Shown here: one piece after another, positions 1 to 10,100 of the stretch
Numbering within the stretch: the stretch's first letter is position 1
How the letters are laid out: each line of letters begins with the position of its first letter
NCBI GenBank assembly: GCA_048938105.1
Contig: JBHLMN010000011.1
Location: 64,001-128,000, forward strand
Source of the DNA: Promethearchaeota archaeon
GTDB taxonomy: Archaea; Asgardarchaeota; Heimdallarchaeia; Hodarchaeales; Hodarchaeaceae
Length of the DNA stretch: 64,000 nt
Reading direction: 5' to 3'
Program-made: the position numbers and the translations under genes
Notes under the pieces: model-generated
What the model saw: the letters and a program-made list of their open reading frames with translations, nothing else
What the model was told of the DNA's origin: nothing
Databases searched by the model: none

Positions 1-5
1 CTCTA

Positions 6-1025
6 TTGGGGTCAGGAATGCTTTTGTGGGGAGTTGTTGTTATCTATCCAGCTGCAGTACCGTTCATACAACAATATCGACAGAAAGATAATGAAGAAAA
101 ATCCTCGTTTGGTAATCTTTTCGAGAATATGAAATCCTTTGTTAAGGAAAATAGGATGTCAGCAACCCAACGACAATCCCAAAATTTCCTTCTACTTCTT
201 AAATATGAATTTCATCAGGTTATTGGAAGCCCATTCATCATTGGCTTTATACCATTTGTCGCATTCATTCTCCTTGAGCGGTTGCAAGAAGTCTTTCGTG
301 CGTGGGAGCCTTCAGGTGGCTATAGATTTGGCGAGTTTGGCACAACCACAAGGGTACAGGGCATTGGTATATACATTATTGATTTAAGTCTTGTTCTTGT
401 ATTTGCCCTTCTCTTTCTGTTCCGAGAACAGGATGAGGACCTACATAGGGTGCAACTCGCACTTCCATTCCGTAGGACTGGATACATCATGGCAAAGTTC
501 TTTGTAGTTATGATACTTTCCTTTGTGCTGTGTATTTCATTTGTAGGTGGCACATTTTTTCTAGTTCCCGTCAGAAATCCAGCAATTGGTTTTCAGCCTT
601 TGTGGTATATCTGGGCTCCTTTTCTTGCATATATTAGTTTTACATTTGCACTTACTTCGTTAGGATTCTGTTTGGCTATTATCTTGAAGAACTCCCGTCA
701 TGCGATCTTTTTTTGGGTGGGAATTTTTGTTATTTGGTTCTACGCGTCACTCGACCTTCAAGGGGGAATTTTGCCTTATACTGAACATTACGCTAGGGAG
801 CCACACCTGCAAGAGACATTTAACTCTCATTTTTCACTTCTTTCGGCCGAACGAATAATAGAATACTTTTTGTTGAGGCCTCAAACTCCTACTTGGGCGA
901 TGAACGACCTACTATACTTCCATGACACAATTATAAATCCGTTGATTGCTCTGGGATTCATGTTGCTAGTAACAGTGGTATGTTCTATTGTTGCTTTTGT
1001 TATATTCAGGAGGAGAGACTTATGA
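6..1025 (+). CDS. ABC-2-type transporter permease (probably 5'-truncated by the window edge)
   Basis: Multiple TM segments; 'LLLKYEFHQV', 'LALPFRRTGYIMAKF' and C-terminal 'FVIFRRRDL' are typical of ABC-2 permeases; its stop overlaps the ATPase start (ATGA). Confidence 0.8.
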   Translation: MGSGMLLWGVVVIYPAAVPFIQQYRQKDNEEKSSFGNLFENMKSFVKENRMSATQRQSQNFLLLLKYEFHQVIGSPFIIGFIPFVAFILLERLQEVFRAWEPSGGYRFGEFGTTTRVQGIGIYIIDLSLVLVFALLFLFREQDEDLHRVQLALPFRRTGYIMAKFFVVMILSFVLCISFVGGTFFLVPVRNPAIGFQPLWYIWAPFLAYISFTFALTSLGFCLAIILKNSRHAIFFWVGIFVIWFYASLDLQGGILPYTEHYAREPHLQETFNSHFSLLSAERIIEYFLLRPQTPTWAMNDLLYFHDTIINPLIALGFMLLVTVVCSIVAFVIFRRRDL

Positions 1026-1759
1026 AATTGATGGAGAAGAGTACTCCATTTGTTGTTGCAGAAAACCTCAGTAAGAATTACACAACCGTCAAAGCTTTAT
1101 CCGAAGTCACTTTTTCTTTAGATCCAGGAATTTGGGGTTTAATCGGGCCAAATGGCGCTGGAAAGACCACACTCCTCAATTTAATATGGGGTATTATCCA
1201 CCCTTCCTCTGGAAGCCTCTCAATCTTGGGTTTTGACCCAACACAGGATGATCTTCGGTTAAAAAAACAATTAGGGGTTTGCTTCACGTCTCAAGGATTT
1301 TCTTACGGGTATTCTTGTAAAGATTACCTTAGAATGGTTGCAAGCGCATATGATATCCCTCTTGTGTTTATTAACTCTTTAGTGTTTTTTCTCTTGGAAA
1401 CCTTAGAATTGGATTCCGTGATAAATCGTGACACAAGAGAATTATCTTCTGGAATGAAACAAAAACTTGCTATAGCCCAGTGTTTGGTAGGACTTCCCCA
1501 CCTTGCTATCCTAGACGAACCTTTTGCTAATCTCGATCCATATGCTAAAGTATATGTCAGAGATCTTTTTCTAAAATTCTATAACACTTTTGAGACGAAC
1601 TTTCTAATTTCTAGCCACTCTCTTGAGGATTTAGCGGCCTTTTGCACAAATTATCTCTTTATTGACCGAGGAAAAGTGCTTTGGCAAGGTTCAAGTAAAG
1701 AAGTTCCCAAGGACGATCTACTTGATTTCTACCTGCGGATAACTGCGACCGCTGACTGA
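1022..1759 (+). CDS. ABC transporter ATP-binding protein
   Basis: Walker A GPNGAGKT, signature LSSGMKQK, Walker B AILDEP, H-loop SSH; ATG at 1022 overlaps the upstream TGA. Confidence 0.93.
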   Translation: MKLMEKSTPFVVAENLSKNYTTVKALSEVTFSLDPGIWGLIGPNGAGKTTLLNLIWGIIHPSSGSLSILGFDPTQDDLRLKKQLGVCFTSQGFSYGYSCKDYLRMVASAYDIPLVFINSLVFFLLETLELDSVINRDTRELSSGMKQKLAIAQCLVGLPHLAILDEPFANLDPYAKVYVRDLFLKFYNTFETNFLISSHSLEDLAAFCTNYLFIDRGKVLWQGSSKEVPKDDLLDFYLRITATAD

Positions 1760-2264
1760 TTTCAATCTTAGGACCAAATAAATCTCTCAGAACTATTTAA
1801 ATGATAGAAATATAAGCGCAATTATTATGGGGCAGAAAGTGTGGTTTGTTCCAGACCCAAATATTTTTTTCATCCCAGGAATTCAGGATTGATATAATAA
1901 ATATTGAGATTAAGAGTATGGATACTAAGCCTATATTTTTACCTTTCAAAATTCTTCTCTCCATCATTATTTGTCTGTAGTACCAAAAAGGGGGTTAGAA
2001 ACATTTAGAAAATATTTCAATTGGCCTTCTTTAGCCATTGTATTCTCTCACTTCCTTTTTACTCTCTCACTCGCTTGATTAACGCCTTTTTATCCTCAAT
2101 TATTTACATAAAGGAGTCTTCTGGCGAATACGTTTATTGAAATTATGATATAATTATAGATATTTTCAAATAAAAGCCTTTTCGCATTTAACAAATCATC
2201 CCATTTTATGGCCTAGAAGTCGATTTGAAATATTAATCTTACTCCAATATTTCAGGGATTTATT

Positions 2265-3275
2265 TCACCCTGTTTGACTGATGAACCCTACACGACATGT
2301 CCATAGATAGAAGAACACCCCACCCACGATCACACAGGTCGCAATAATCAAGTTTAGGGAAGGAGGGATCGGAATTTCAGTCAATGCGATGAGAAAATAG
2401 GGAATGAACCACCCAACGACAATTAACGGAACAAAAACGAGGAGAGTAATAAAGAATCTTGATTGAGAGGAAGGAATCTCACTGATTTCCGCAATATTGG
2501 CAGGAACATTCCATCTAGTGAGAAAGAAGACCTTTCGTTTAATGACAGGTAAGAGAGAGATTAAGAAGATTAAAAATGTAATGATGATACTAAGTTGTCC
2601 AATAACAACTAAAATAGTCATGAGAGGGATAAATGAGAGGAATTTACGCCTATAGGCGTTAATTATAATTGAGACCAACAACCTGCCCCACCACTGTGTA
2701 CAATAAGACACAATCACAACACCAGGATAATACAATAACCCAGTATGGATGAGATGTTTATCCCAGTAAACAGAGAAAGAAAAAGCAACAAGAAAAAAGA
2801 GAATGGAACATAAACCCAACATGATGAAGAACAAAGTCATGAGGAGGTAATGTAGATTGTTCTCTATGAGAGGTATGGGAATAAATCCTTTATGGAAGGC
2901 GGAGAGAATTGGAGGGAGGGGAATAACCATGACAATGCCACAAATTGGAAAAACAGAGTAAAAGAGAATTTTAAACAGGCGAGGAACCTCAGTAGATGAG
3001 GTTGGAAAATCAATTTGAATCACAAACATTAAGAAAAGAAAGACTCCAAGAGTTAAGAGGGGAAGATAATGATATTCTGGGAGTAATATCAGGTCAGACG
3101 CCAATCCTGCATCCGCCTGAAGAAACTCAATCCAAGAGAAACCCGCAACACTAATTCCCCACAGAATTTCCTTCATCAACACGGGATAGTTGAACCCCGT
3201 CACCACAACAGCGAGCAGACACATGAAACAATAGAGCAGGGGGCGAGTTTGGAGGTGGCGTAACCGCTGATACAT
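2265..3275 (-). CDS. Uncharacterised multi-pass membrane protein
   Basis: About 8 hydrophobic segments; probable start ATG at 3275 overlaps the LRR gene stop (TAATG), which suggests translational coupling. Confidence 0.7.
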   Translation of the reverse strand: MYQRLRHLQTRPLLYCFMCLLAVVVTGFNYPVLMKEILWGISVAGFSWIEFLQADAGLASDLILLPEYHYLPLLTLGVFLFLMFVIQIDFPTSSTEVPRLFKILFYSVFPICGIVMVIPLPPILSAFHKGFIPIPLIENNLHYLLMTLFFIMLGLCSILFFLVAFSFSVYWDKHLIHTGLLYYPGVVIVSYCTQWWGRLLVSIIINAYRRKFLSFIPLMTILVVIGQLSIIITFLIFLISLLPVIKRKVFFLTRWNVPANIAEISEIPSSQSRFFITLLVFVPLIVVGWFIPYFLIALTEIPIPPSLNLIIATCVIVGGVFFYLWTCRVGFISQTG

Positions 3276-4660
3276 TAATAATCCCAAGAATTTATATACA
3301 GGCGCCGTTGCTCTTTGTAATAGGCGTGGAGGCGTGGGGGAAGACCTGACACACAAATACGACCAATGGAAGGAGGAAGAACCCGTAAGGGATTGTTTGC
3401 TAAAGAAAGGCACAAGGTCAAGGAAAGATTGCCAATATTCGCAGGAAGCTCCTCTAAACAATTGGATTCCAGAGATAAGAAATCTAGTGGGAAATCACAC
3501 ACAAAATCAGGAAGATGGGAGATTTGGTTATTGGCTAATTCTAAATTCCGAAGCTGCTTCAAATTCTGGAGAGTAGGAGGAAGAGTAGTTAATTGGTTGT
3601 TACTTAAACATAAATTTCTTAATTTCGATAAGTGACAAATAATCTCTGGGAAATCAGAGATCTGATTGCTATGTATGCTTAAATCTTCCAACTGTGTGAG
3701 GTTACCAAGAGTGTTTGGTAAAAATTGTAACTTATTATTACTACAGAAGAGAGTATGCAGCTTAATCAGGTTACCTACTGACTCGGGTAACGTGGTTAAT
3801 TGATTATTACTTAAAATTAAGACTTTAAGTTGAAATAATTCGTTAATTCCCTGGGGAAGAGATGAAAGATTATTATCACCTACAGACAATCCTTCCAGCT
3901 GTTTTAGTTTACAAATCGCCTCAGGAAGCGCTGGAATCTGATTCCAGCCTAACCTTAAAATTTTTAAATTGATTAGATTACCAATGCTGTCAGGACATGC
4001 TGTAAGGCGATTATCCGAGAGATCAAGCAGAGTCAAGCTGGTCAAGTGGGTAATTTCTGCTAAAGCAGTCTCATCTAACGCATTGTTCGCTAAAGAGAGC
4101 TCTCTCAGGGCAGTTAAATTTCGGAAACATGATGGGATTTGTCGCAGTTGGGCATTCTTAAGAGTTAACGCCTCCACGCGAGGAAACTGACAAAATAAAC
4201 TGGGTATCTTCCCTAACGGGTAATTTTCCACCTCCAACTCCTCGAGGTGTACCAACTGAATGATCGAAGGAGGGAACACAAGCTGTGTGTTCATTTGGTC
4301 GTCCGTAACGAACAATAAGCGCACCACCCGTCTCTCCTCCACAAAAACCACCCCAGAACCAGGAAGAAACCAAGTCCACCCTTCCTCTTCCGTGACATCT
4401 TCCTCACTGACATAGACAAATCTGATCTTCCCGAACTCCTGTAGGATGTTCACTTCCTCCCGCTCGAGATACTCTAACGGATCGATAGGCTCTCCTTCCG
4501 TATCTATACTGCGCCGTTGTGGCCGTTGGCGTTCTCGTTCAAAGTACTTCAAGCTTCTTTCCGCTAGGAGCCTCTCCATCCGATCCCTCTCGGTTTCGTT
4601 TTTTCCCATATGCCTCACCGATTCATCCGTATTGGCTTTTCGTCTCCTCTCTTTCTCCAT
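3275..4660 (-). CDS. Leucine-rich repeat protein
   Basis: About 12-13 repeats of 23 aa with consensus LxxLxLxxNxLxxLPxxIxxLxx, after a charged N-terminal region. Confidence 0.93.
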   Translation of the reverse strand: MEKERRRKANTDESVRHMGKNETERDRMERLLAERSLKYFERERQRPQRRSIDTEGEPIDPLEYLEREEVNILQEFGKIRFVYVSEEDVTEEEGWTWFLPGSGVVFVEERRVVRLLFVTDDQMNTQLVFPPSIIQLVHLEELEVENYPLGKIPSLFCQFPRVEALTLKNAQLRQIPSCFRNLTALRELSLANNALDETALAEITHLTSLTLLDLSDNRLTACPDSIGNLINLKILRLGWNQIPALPEAICKLKQLEGLSVGDNNLSSLPQGINELFQLKVLILSNNQLTTLPESVGNLIKLHTLFCSNNKLQFLPNTLGNLTQLEDLSIHSNQISDFPEIICHLSKLRNLCLSNNQLTTLPPTLQNLKQLRNLELANNQISHLPDFVCDFPLDFLSLESNCLEELPANIGNLSLTLCLSLANNPLRVLPPSIGRICVSGLPPRLHAYYKEQRRLYINSWDY

Positions 4661-5080
4661 TGATTGCTATTAGCACTTTTTCCTATTTAAACCTTACTCT
4701 ATGCGAACCTTTATAAACCCCACAGGTGTATTTTTGAAAAACTTCCTTTCATGGGTTCCATAGTAATCTCTTCCCATTATTCCCACCATTTCCACCGACT
4801 GTGAGGTCATCCACCCCGACTTATTAGACATCTCTTATCATATGGTTCTCTCCTCCCCCTGTTCTTCCTTAGTTCACGATTTCAGGGGATGCCTTTTACC
4901 ATTTTTCATTTCCCCGTTTCTTCACTGTTGGTTTTTCTTAGCACCGACCCGACTTTTTTTCTTCGAACCCTATTCCATCGTACGGGAGGGGTTCCGCCTT
5001 CTTACCATTTCTATCGGGTTCGTTGGCTCTTTTCTCCTCACTCAAACTCCCTCAAATAAAAGCAATCTTACCTTAAAATC

Positions 5081-5100
5081 AAAACCAAAGGTTTTTAAAA
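5081..5100 (+). promoter_or_regulatory. Putative BRE/TATA promoter upstream of actin
   Basis: AAAACCAAAGG followed by TTTTTAAAA, about 140 nt before the actin ATG; an alternative TATA (TTTATAAA) lies at 5176-5183. Confidence 0.45.
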
Positions 5101-5132
5101 CAACGGAGGAAGGTGGTACTTGCATACGCAAA

Positions 5133-5211
5133 ATAAAGGCGTCTCCGCCAGTTGACTGAAACGGTGTCTGAGACGTTTATAAATGATCGCTTTGTAAGTG
5201 ATCTTTTTTTT
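5133..5211 (+). promoter_or_regulatory. Structured leader upstream of actin: two hairpins followed by T8
   Basis: GCGTCTC (5139-5145) pairs with GAGACGT (5170-5176); GATCGCTT (5185-5192) pairs with AAGTGATC (5196-5203); T8 follows at 5204-5211. Confidence 0.5.
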
Positions 5212-5238
5212 GACAAAACTACTCTGAAGTGAACAAAA

Positions 5239-6381
5239 ATGTCTGTAGCAGAAGGAATTACTGGAAAACCCCTCGTCATCGATAATGGGACAGGGCTTAG
5301 TAAAAATGGTTATGCCGGTGAAGACCAACCCCGCTCAGTGTTCCCCACCTTAATTGGTTACCCCAAATATCAGTCCATTATGTCTGATGTGGATCATTAT
5401 GTCCGGGAATACTACGTGGGAGAAGAAGCCATGAACTTACGTGGTGTCCTCAAGCTTATCTACCCGATTCTTCATGGAATTGTGACGGATTGGGATGCCA
5501 TGGAAAAGATTTGGCATTACACTTTCCATAATGATCTTCGTGTCAATCCAAGTGAACACCCCATTTTATTGACCGAAGCTCCTTTGAATCCTGGATCTAA
5601 TCGTGAGAAGATGGCTGAAATTTTATTTGAGACGTTCAACGTCCCTGCCATGTATGTCTCAATGCAAGCAGTGCTGTCACTGTATGCTTCTGGTCGTACC
5701 ACTGGTTTAGTTATTGATGCTGGTGATGGTGTGATTCACATTGTCCCGATTTACGAAGGCTTTGCGATCTCCCATGCGATCAGTCGTATTGATATTGCGG
5801 GTCGGGACATTACTGAGTATCTCCGCCGATTACTCCGAACCCGTGGTCGGGCTTTGACCTCCTCTGCCGAGAAGGAAATTGTCCGTGATATTAAGGAACG
5901 GTTGTGCTATGTCGCTCTCGATCCCGAGAAAGAGCTGAAGCTTGCTGAGAAAGTTTCTGGTATGGAAAAGCAATATACTCTCCCTGACGGCGAAACCCTT
6001 ACCATTGGGCCTGAACGATTTTTGGCTCCAGAAGCTTTCTTCAATCCTAGTGCCCTCGGTAAAGAAGAAACACCTCTTGATGAAGCCATCTATAACGCTG
6101 TCCAGCTCTGTGATATTGACTTACGTAAAGAACTCTATCAAAATATTGTTCTTTCTGGCGGCTCTACCATGTTCCCAGGCTTGAAAGAGCGTCTTCACAA
6201 AGAACTCACTGAACTTGTTCCTGAAAATGTTGAGATTCGGATTGTCGCTCCTCCCGAGCGCCGTTATTCTGTTTGGATTGGTGGTTCTATTCTCTCTTCT
6301 TTAAAAACCTTCCAGCGCCTCTGGGTCTCCCGCAAAGAATATCAAGAACAAGGCCCTGGCGTTATTAAACGCGCTATCTAA
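5239..6381 (+). CDS. Asgard actin (lokiactin-type eukaryotic signature protein)
   Basis: 380 aa with actin motifs [60 protein letters not shown] and [15 protein letters not shown]. Confidence 0.98.
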   Translation: MSVAEGITGKPLVIDNGTGLSKNGYAGEDQPRSVFPTLIGYPKYQSIMSDVDHYVREYYVGEEAMNLRGVLKLIYPILHGIVTDWDAMEKIWHYTFHNDLRVNPSEHPILLTEAPLNPGSNREKMAEILFETFNVPAMYVSMQAVLSLYASGRTTGLVIDAGDGVIHIVPIYEGFAISHAISRIDIAGRDITEYLRRLLRTRGRALTSSAEKEIVRDIKERLCYVALDPEKELKLAEKVSGMEKQYTLPDGETLTIGPERFLAPEAFFNPSALGKEETPLDEAIYNAVQLCDIDLRKELYQNIVLSGGSTMFPGLKERLHKELTELVPENVEIRIVAPPERRYSVWIGGSILSSLKTFQRLWVSRKEYQEQGPGVIKRAI

Positions 6382-6398
6382 GTTCTTCCAATCTCCCC

Positions 6399-6420
6399 TT
6401 TTTTTTTCTTCTTTTTCTTT
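6399..6420 (+). terminator. Archaeal oligo-T terminator after actin
   Basis: T9 run plus further T-tracts beginning 18 nt after the stop codon. Confidence 0.7.
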
Positions 6421-7108
6421 ATTGAATTTTCTTTAGCTATTTGCGAAAATGGCTTTTGAACCAATTAATCTTTCTTGATGAACCCACAACGTGCATAATT
6501 TTCTCGATAGTTCCAGGTAAGAGGTTGAAACTCCTAATTTTGTGATAGAAGTGATATTTAGGAGTTTTTTCACTTAATTGACGTATTGCAGTGTCTCTCT
6601 TTAATAAATAAGAATGGCTAGCATCTTTCAATTGATTTATCTTTCCTTATTAGTACTAAATTTTCTTTGCTTATGCAACCTTTTAATATTTTTCATAATG
6701 GAATCCATCATTTTCCTTTTCCTGCTATCAAAAGGATATTAAGAGCCTCTGTACATCCTTCTAGTCCAAATAATGAGAGAAAAAGAGAATGAAACCCCTA
6801 CTACACCTCAAAATCAATGAATTTGACATCCTAACATTAAGATTTTTGATATAACTCCTTATGGAGCGCGGTAAGGCTGGGATTGTAGTTGAGATCGCGT
6901 GTGATGTTTTTTTTCATTAAACAGAATTCTTTCTACTATTTGTGGAAAAGTTATTATACTAGAGATATCTGTATACATGGAAACAACCTGTTCAAACAGT
7001 CTCCCTACACCTTCTCTGAAACTGGAGGGGTAATTATCACAAAAAAGTCCATTTAAAGCAATATGGTTGTTTTAGATTACCATTTTGAAGTATTTGGAGA
7101 GTTAAACT

Positions 7109-10100
7109 ATGCAAAAGGGAAGAACAACATTTATCCTATTATTGATGTTAATTATGACAATAGTGCATTATAGTTCTAATTCAATGGTATCAAAACCAGT
7201 TACATCTATTACAGGAACGACAGAATATGAACAACACGATCCGATTAAAATTAGCAATGACAATGATTTTAAAGCGTATGGCTTCGAGGGATTTGGTACC
7301 CCTGATGAACCGTACCTGATTGATGGTTATAACATTACGGATTCCACAACAGACTTGATCCGTATTGACAATACAGTTGTGTATTTCAAAATTAGCAACT
7401 GTTATCTAAATGGCCTCGTAAAAAATTTTCGGGGAATTGTGCTCGGTAACGTCGCTCATGGGATAATTGATAGTAATATCATTTGCAACCCTGATTTTGG
7501 CATTGTTCTGGGTTCCTCCAGCAGTAATACACTGTCCAGTAATACGATCTATAACTGCAAATATGATGGGATAAGGCTACATCCCTCCAACACTAATAAT
7601 GTTCTGTCCAACAATACGATCTATAATTGTCTTAGGGATGGCATTAGCCAGTATTGGTTCAATAACTATAATACACTTTTCAACAACACGATCTATAACT
7701 GTGCTGATGACGCTATTGAACTGTCGGTTTGCAATAATTATCATACTATTTCTAGCAATACGATCTATAACTGCTCATATGGCATTAATTTTGATAACTA
7801 CAATCACTATAATACTCTATCTAGCAACATTATCTATGATTGTTCTAGTAGTGGCATTTTCCTAGGGATGGACTCCAACCATAGTATTCTGTCCAGCAAT
7901 ACGGTCTATAATGTTAATGGTGGCATTAGCGTTGTTGGCTCCCATTGCACTCTGTCCAGCAATACGGTCTATAATGCTACTGGTGGTGCCATTAGCATGA
8001 GTCAAGGCCTCTATTGTACTCTATCCAACAATACAGTCTATAAATGCAATAGTGGTATTACTCAGTATTTTTCCAACTATTGTACTCTGTCCAACAATAC
8101 GGTTTATGACTGCTCTTATATGTGCCTTAGCCTGTACAATTCCAACCATTGTACACTGTCCAGTAATACGTTTTATAACTGCACCCAGTATGGCGTCCTC
8201 TTGAGGGATTCCAGTAGCTATAATACTCTGTACAATAATACGATCTCTCACTGCTCTGATTGGGGTATTTATTTTTATGGAGGTGATTCCTGTAGCTATA
8301 ATACTCTGTCCTACAATACGATCGATGATTGTTCTAGGAATTGTATTTACCTTGATTGGACTAGTGACTCCAACACTCTGTCCTACAATACGATCTCTAA
8401 TTGCTCTGGTACTGGCAAGCTCCATGCTGGTAATGGTATTGTCATGTTTGGCTCCAACCATAGTACTCTATTCAGCAATGTAATCTATAACTGCTCTATA
8501 AATGGCATTTACTTGGACTATTCTCACCATAATACTCTGTCCAGTAATATGATCTCTAACTGCTCGAGTGGCATTTCCCTGGATTTATCCAGTAATTATA
8601 ATACTCTATCTGGTAATATGATCTCTAACTGCTCCAATGATGGTATTTTTTTGTATCAAACGAGCGATGATAATACTCTTTCCCACAATACGATCTCTCA
8701 CTGCTCCGATAATGGCATCGAACTGTATTATGTCTTCCATAATACTCTTTCCTACAATGCAATTTCTAACTGCTCCAATTATGGCGTCGGACTGTTTTCC
8801 GCTAACGATAATTTTCTATATAACAATACGATCTATAACAATACCAACTATGGATTTTACTTCGGAATTTCTGATCAGTCCAATGATAATATTGCACAAT
8901 GGAACAATTTCCTCAACAATAGTGAGGGTACAGAAACAGCTCAAGCGTGTGATGATAGGTGGAATGATGCTCCAACTAATGTATTCAGCGAAAACTATTG
9001 GCATGATTACATACCTCCTCCTGGTTATTATACCTTAGATACTTATAGTGGTAGTTCTATTCGTAACAATGATACATCTCCTCTAGCGACTCCTGGGCCT
9101 CCTCTGGTGAGCATAGTTACGCCTTTCGCGCAGGATTACAGTGCTGATGTGATCACTGTGATATTATCTGGAAATGCTGTCCAGTACTGGTACTACATTG
9201 AGGGAATTGATGGAGATAATCAAACTTGGAGGACAAGGGAGGAACGAACGTTAGATGATGGCACCTACACCCTCCATGCCTATGGAAAAATATTAAGAAC
9301 TATTACTCATGTCTCAGTCACGTTCACCATTGATACTACTCCTCCTACCTTTAACATCGATTCTCCTACTAGTAAAACTTATACAACGGGAACTATCACG
9401 GTAGATCTCTCGGGTGATGCTGATATTGCCTATTATTGGTACTATATTGAAGGATTCCACGTTGATAATCAGATCTGGACAACCCCTATTTCATGGACTT
9501 TAGCTGATGGTGCCTACATTCTCCATACTTATGCTATCGATACCGTTGGTAATATTGCGTATTTCCCAGTCGCTTTCAAAATTGAAACAGTGGCTCCCAT
9601 CATTACTTTGAAGTCTCCTTCACATGATACAAGCCATAATTCGATGACAATCATCAAACTTGATGTGATTGATGTTTTTCTCGATACCGTGCTCTATAAT
9701 TGGGATGGATCCACGAATAAAACGTGGAATCAGGATTATGAGTTTTGGACGCTTTTACCAAGTGGTGATGCGCAACATTTCCTATATGTGTATGCCAACG
9801 ATAGTCTTGGTAGATGGACCTCGGAAGTATTTACCTTCACGACTGATGACACAAACCCCACTGTAGATATTACCAGTCCGACAAATGACACAACGTACGA
9901 TCAAGACAGCGTCACATTAGCCTATACTGTTTCTGAGGGGACAGTCACTGTCTATATTAATGGGGTAACGAAAACTGTCCCTAGTGGGACGATTTTTTCA
10001 AATCTCTCGAATGGGATTTACAACATTACTATCACTGCTGTAGATCAAGCGGGGAACATTGGGACAGATACCATCATATTCATTATTGAAATCGTAGAAG

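Noticed and set aside
3276-3461. N-terminal extension of the membrane-protein ORF
   Set aside because: It overlaps the LRR gene in another frame; the ATG at 3275 gives a clean TAATG coupling.
4842-5159. 105-aa ORF upstream of actin
   Set aside because: Its F/L/P/S-biased composition follows from the pyrimidine skew; it overlaps the putative promoter and has no RBS.
5139-5176. Hammerhead ribozyme in the actin leader (contains CUGA, GAAA, GUC)
   Set aside because: There is no CUGANGA core and the elements are not in hammerhead order.
7500-8850. CRISPR array or DGR template/variable repeats
   Set aside because: The repeats are degenerate, in-frame beta-helix coils; no cas gene or reverse transcriptase is present in the window.
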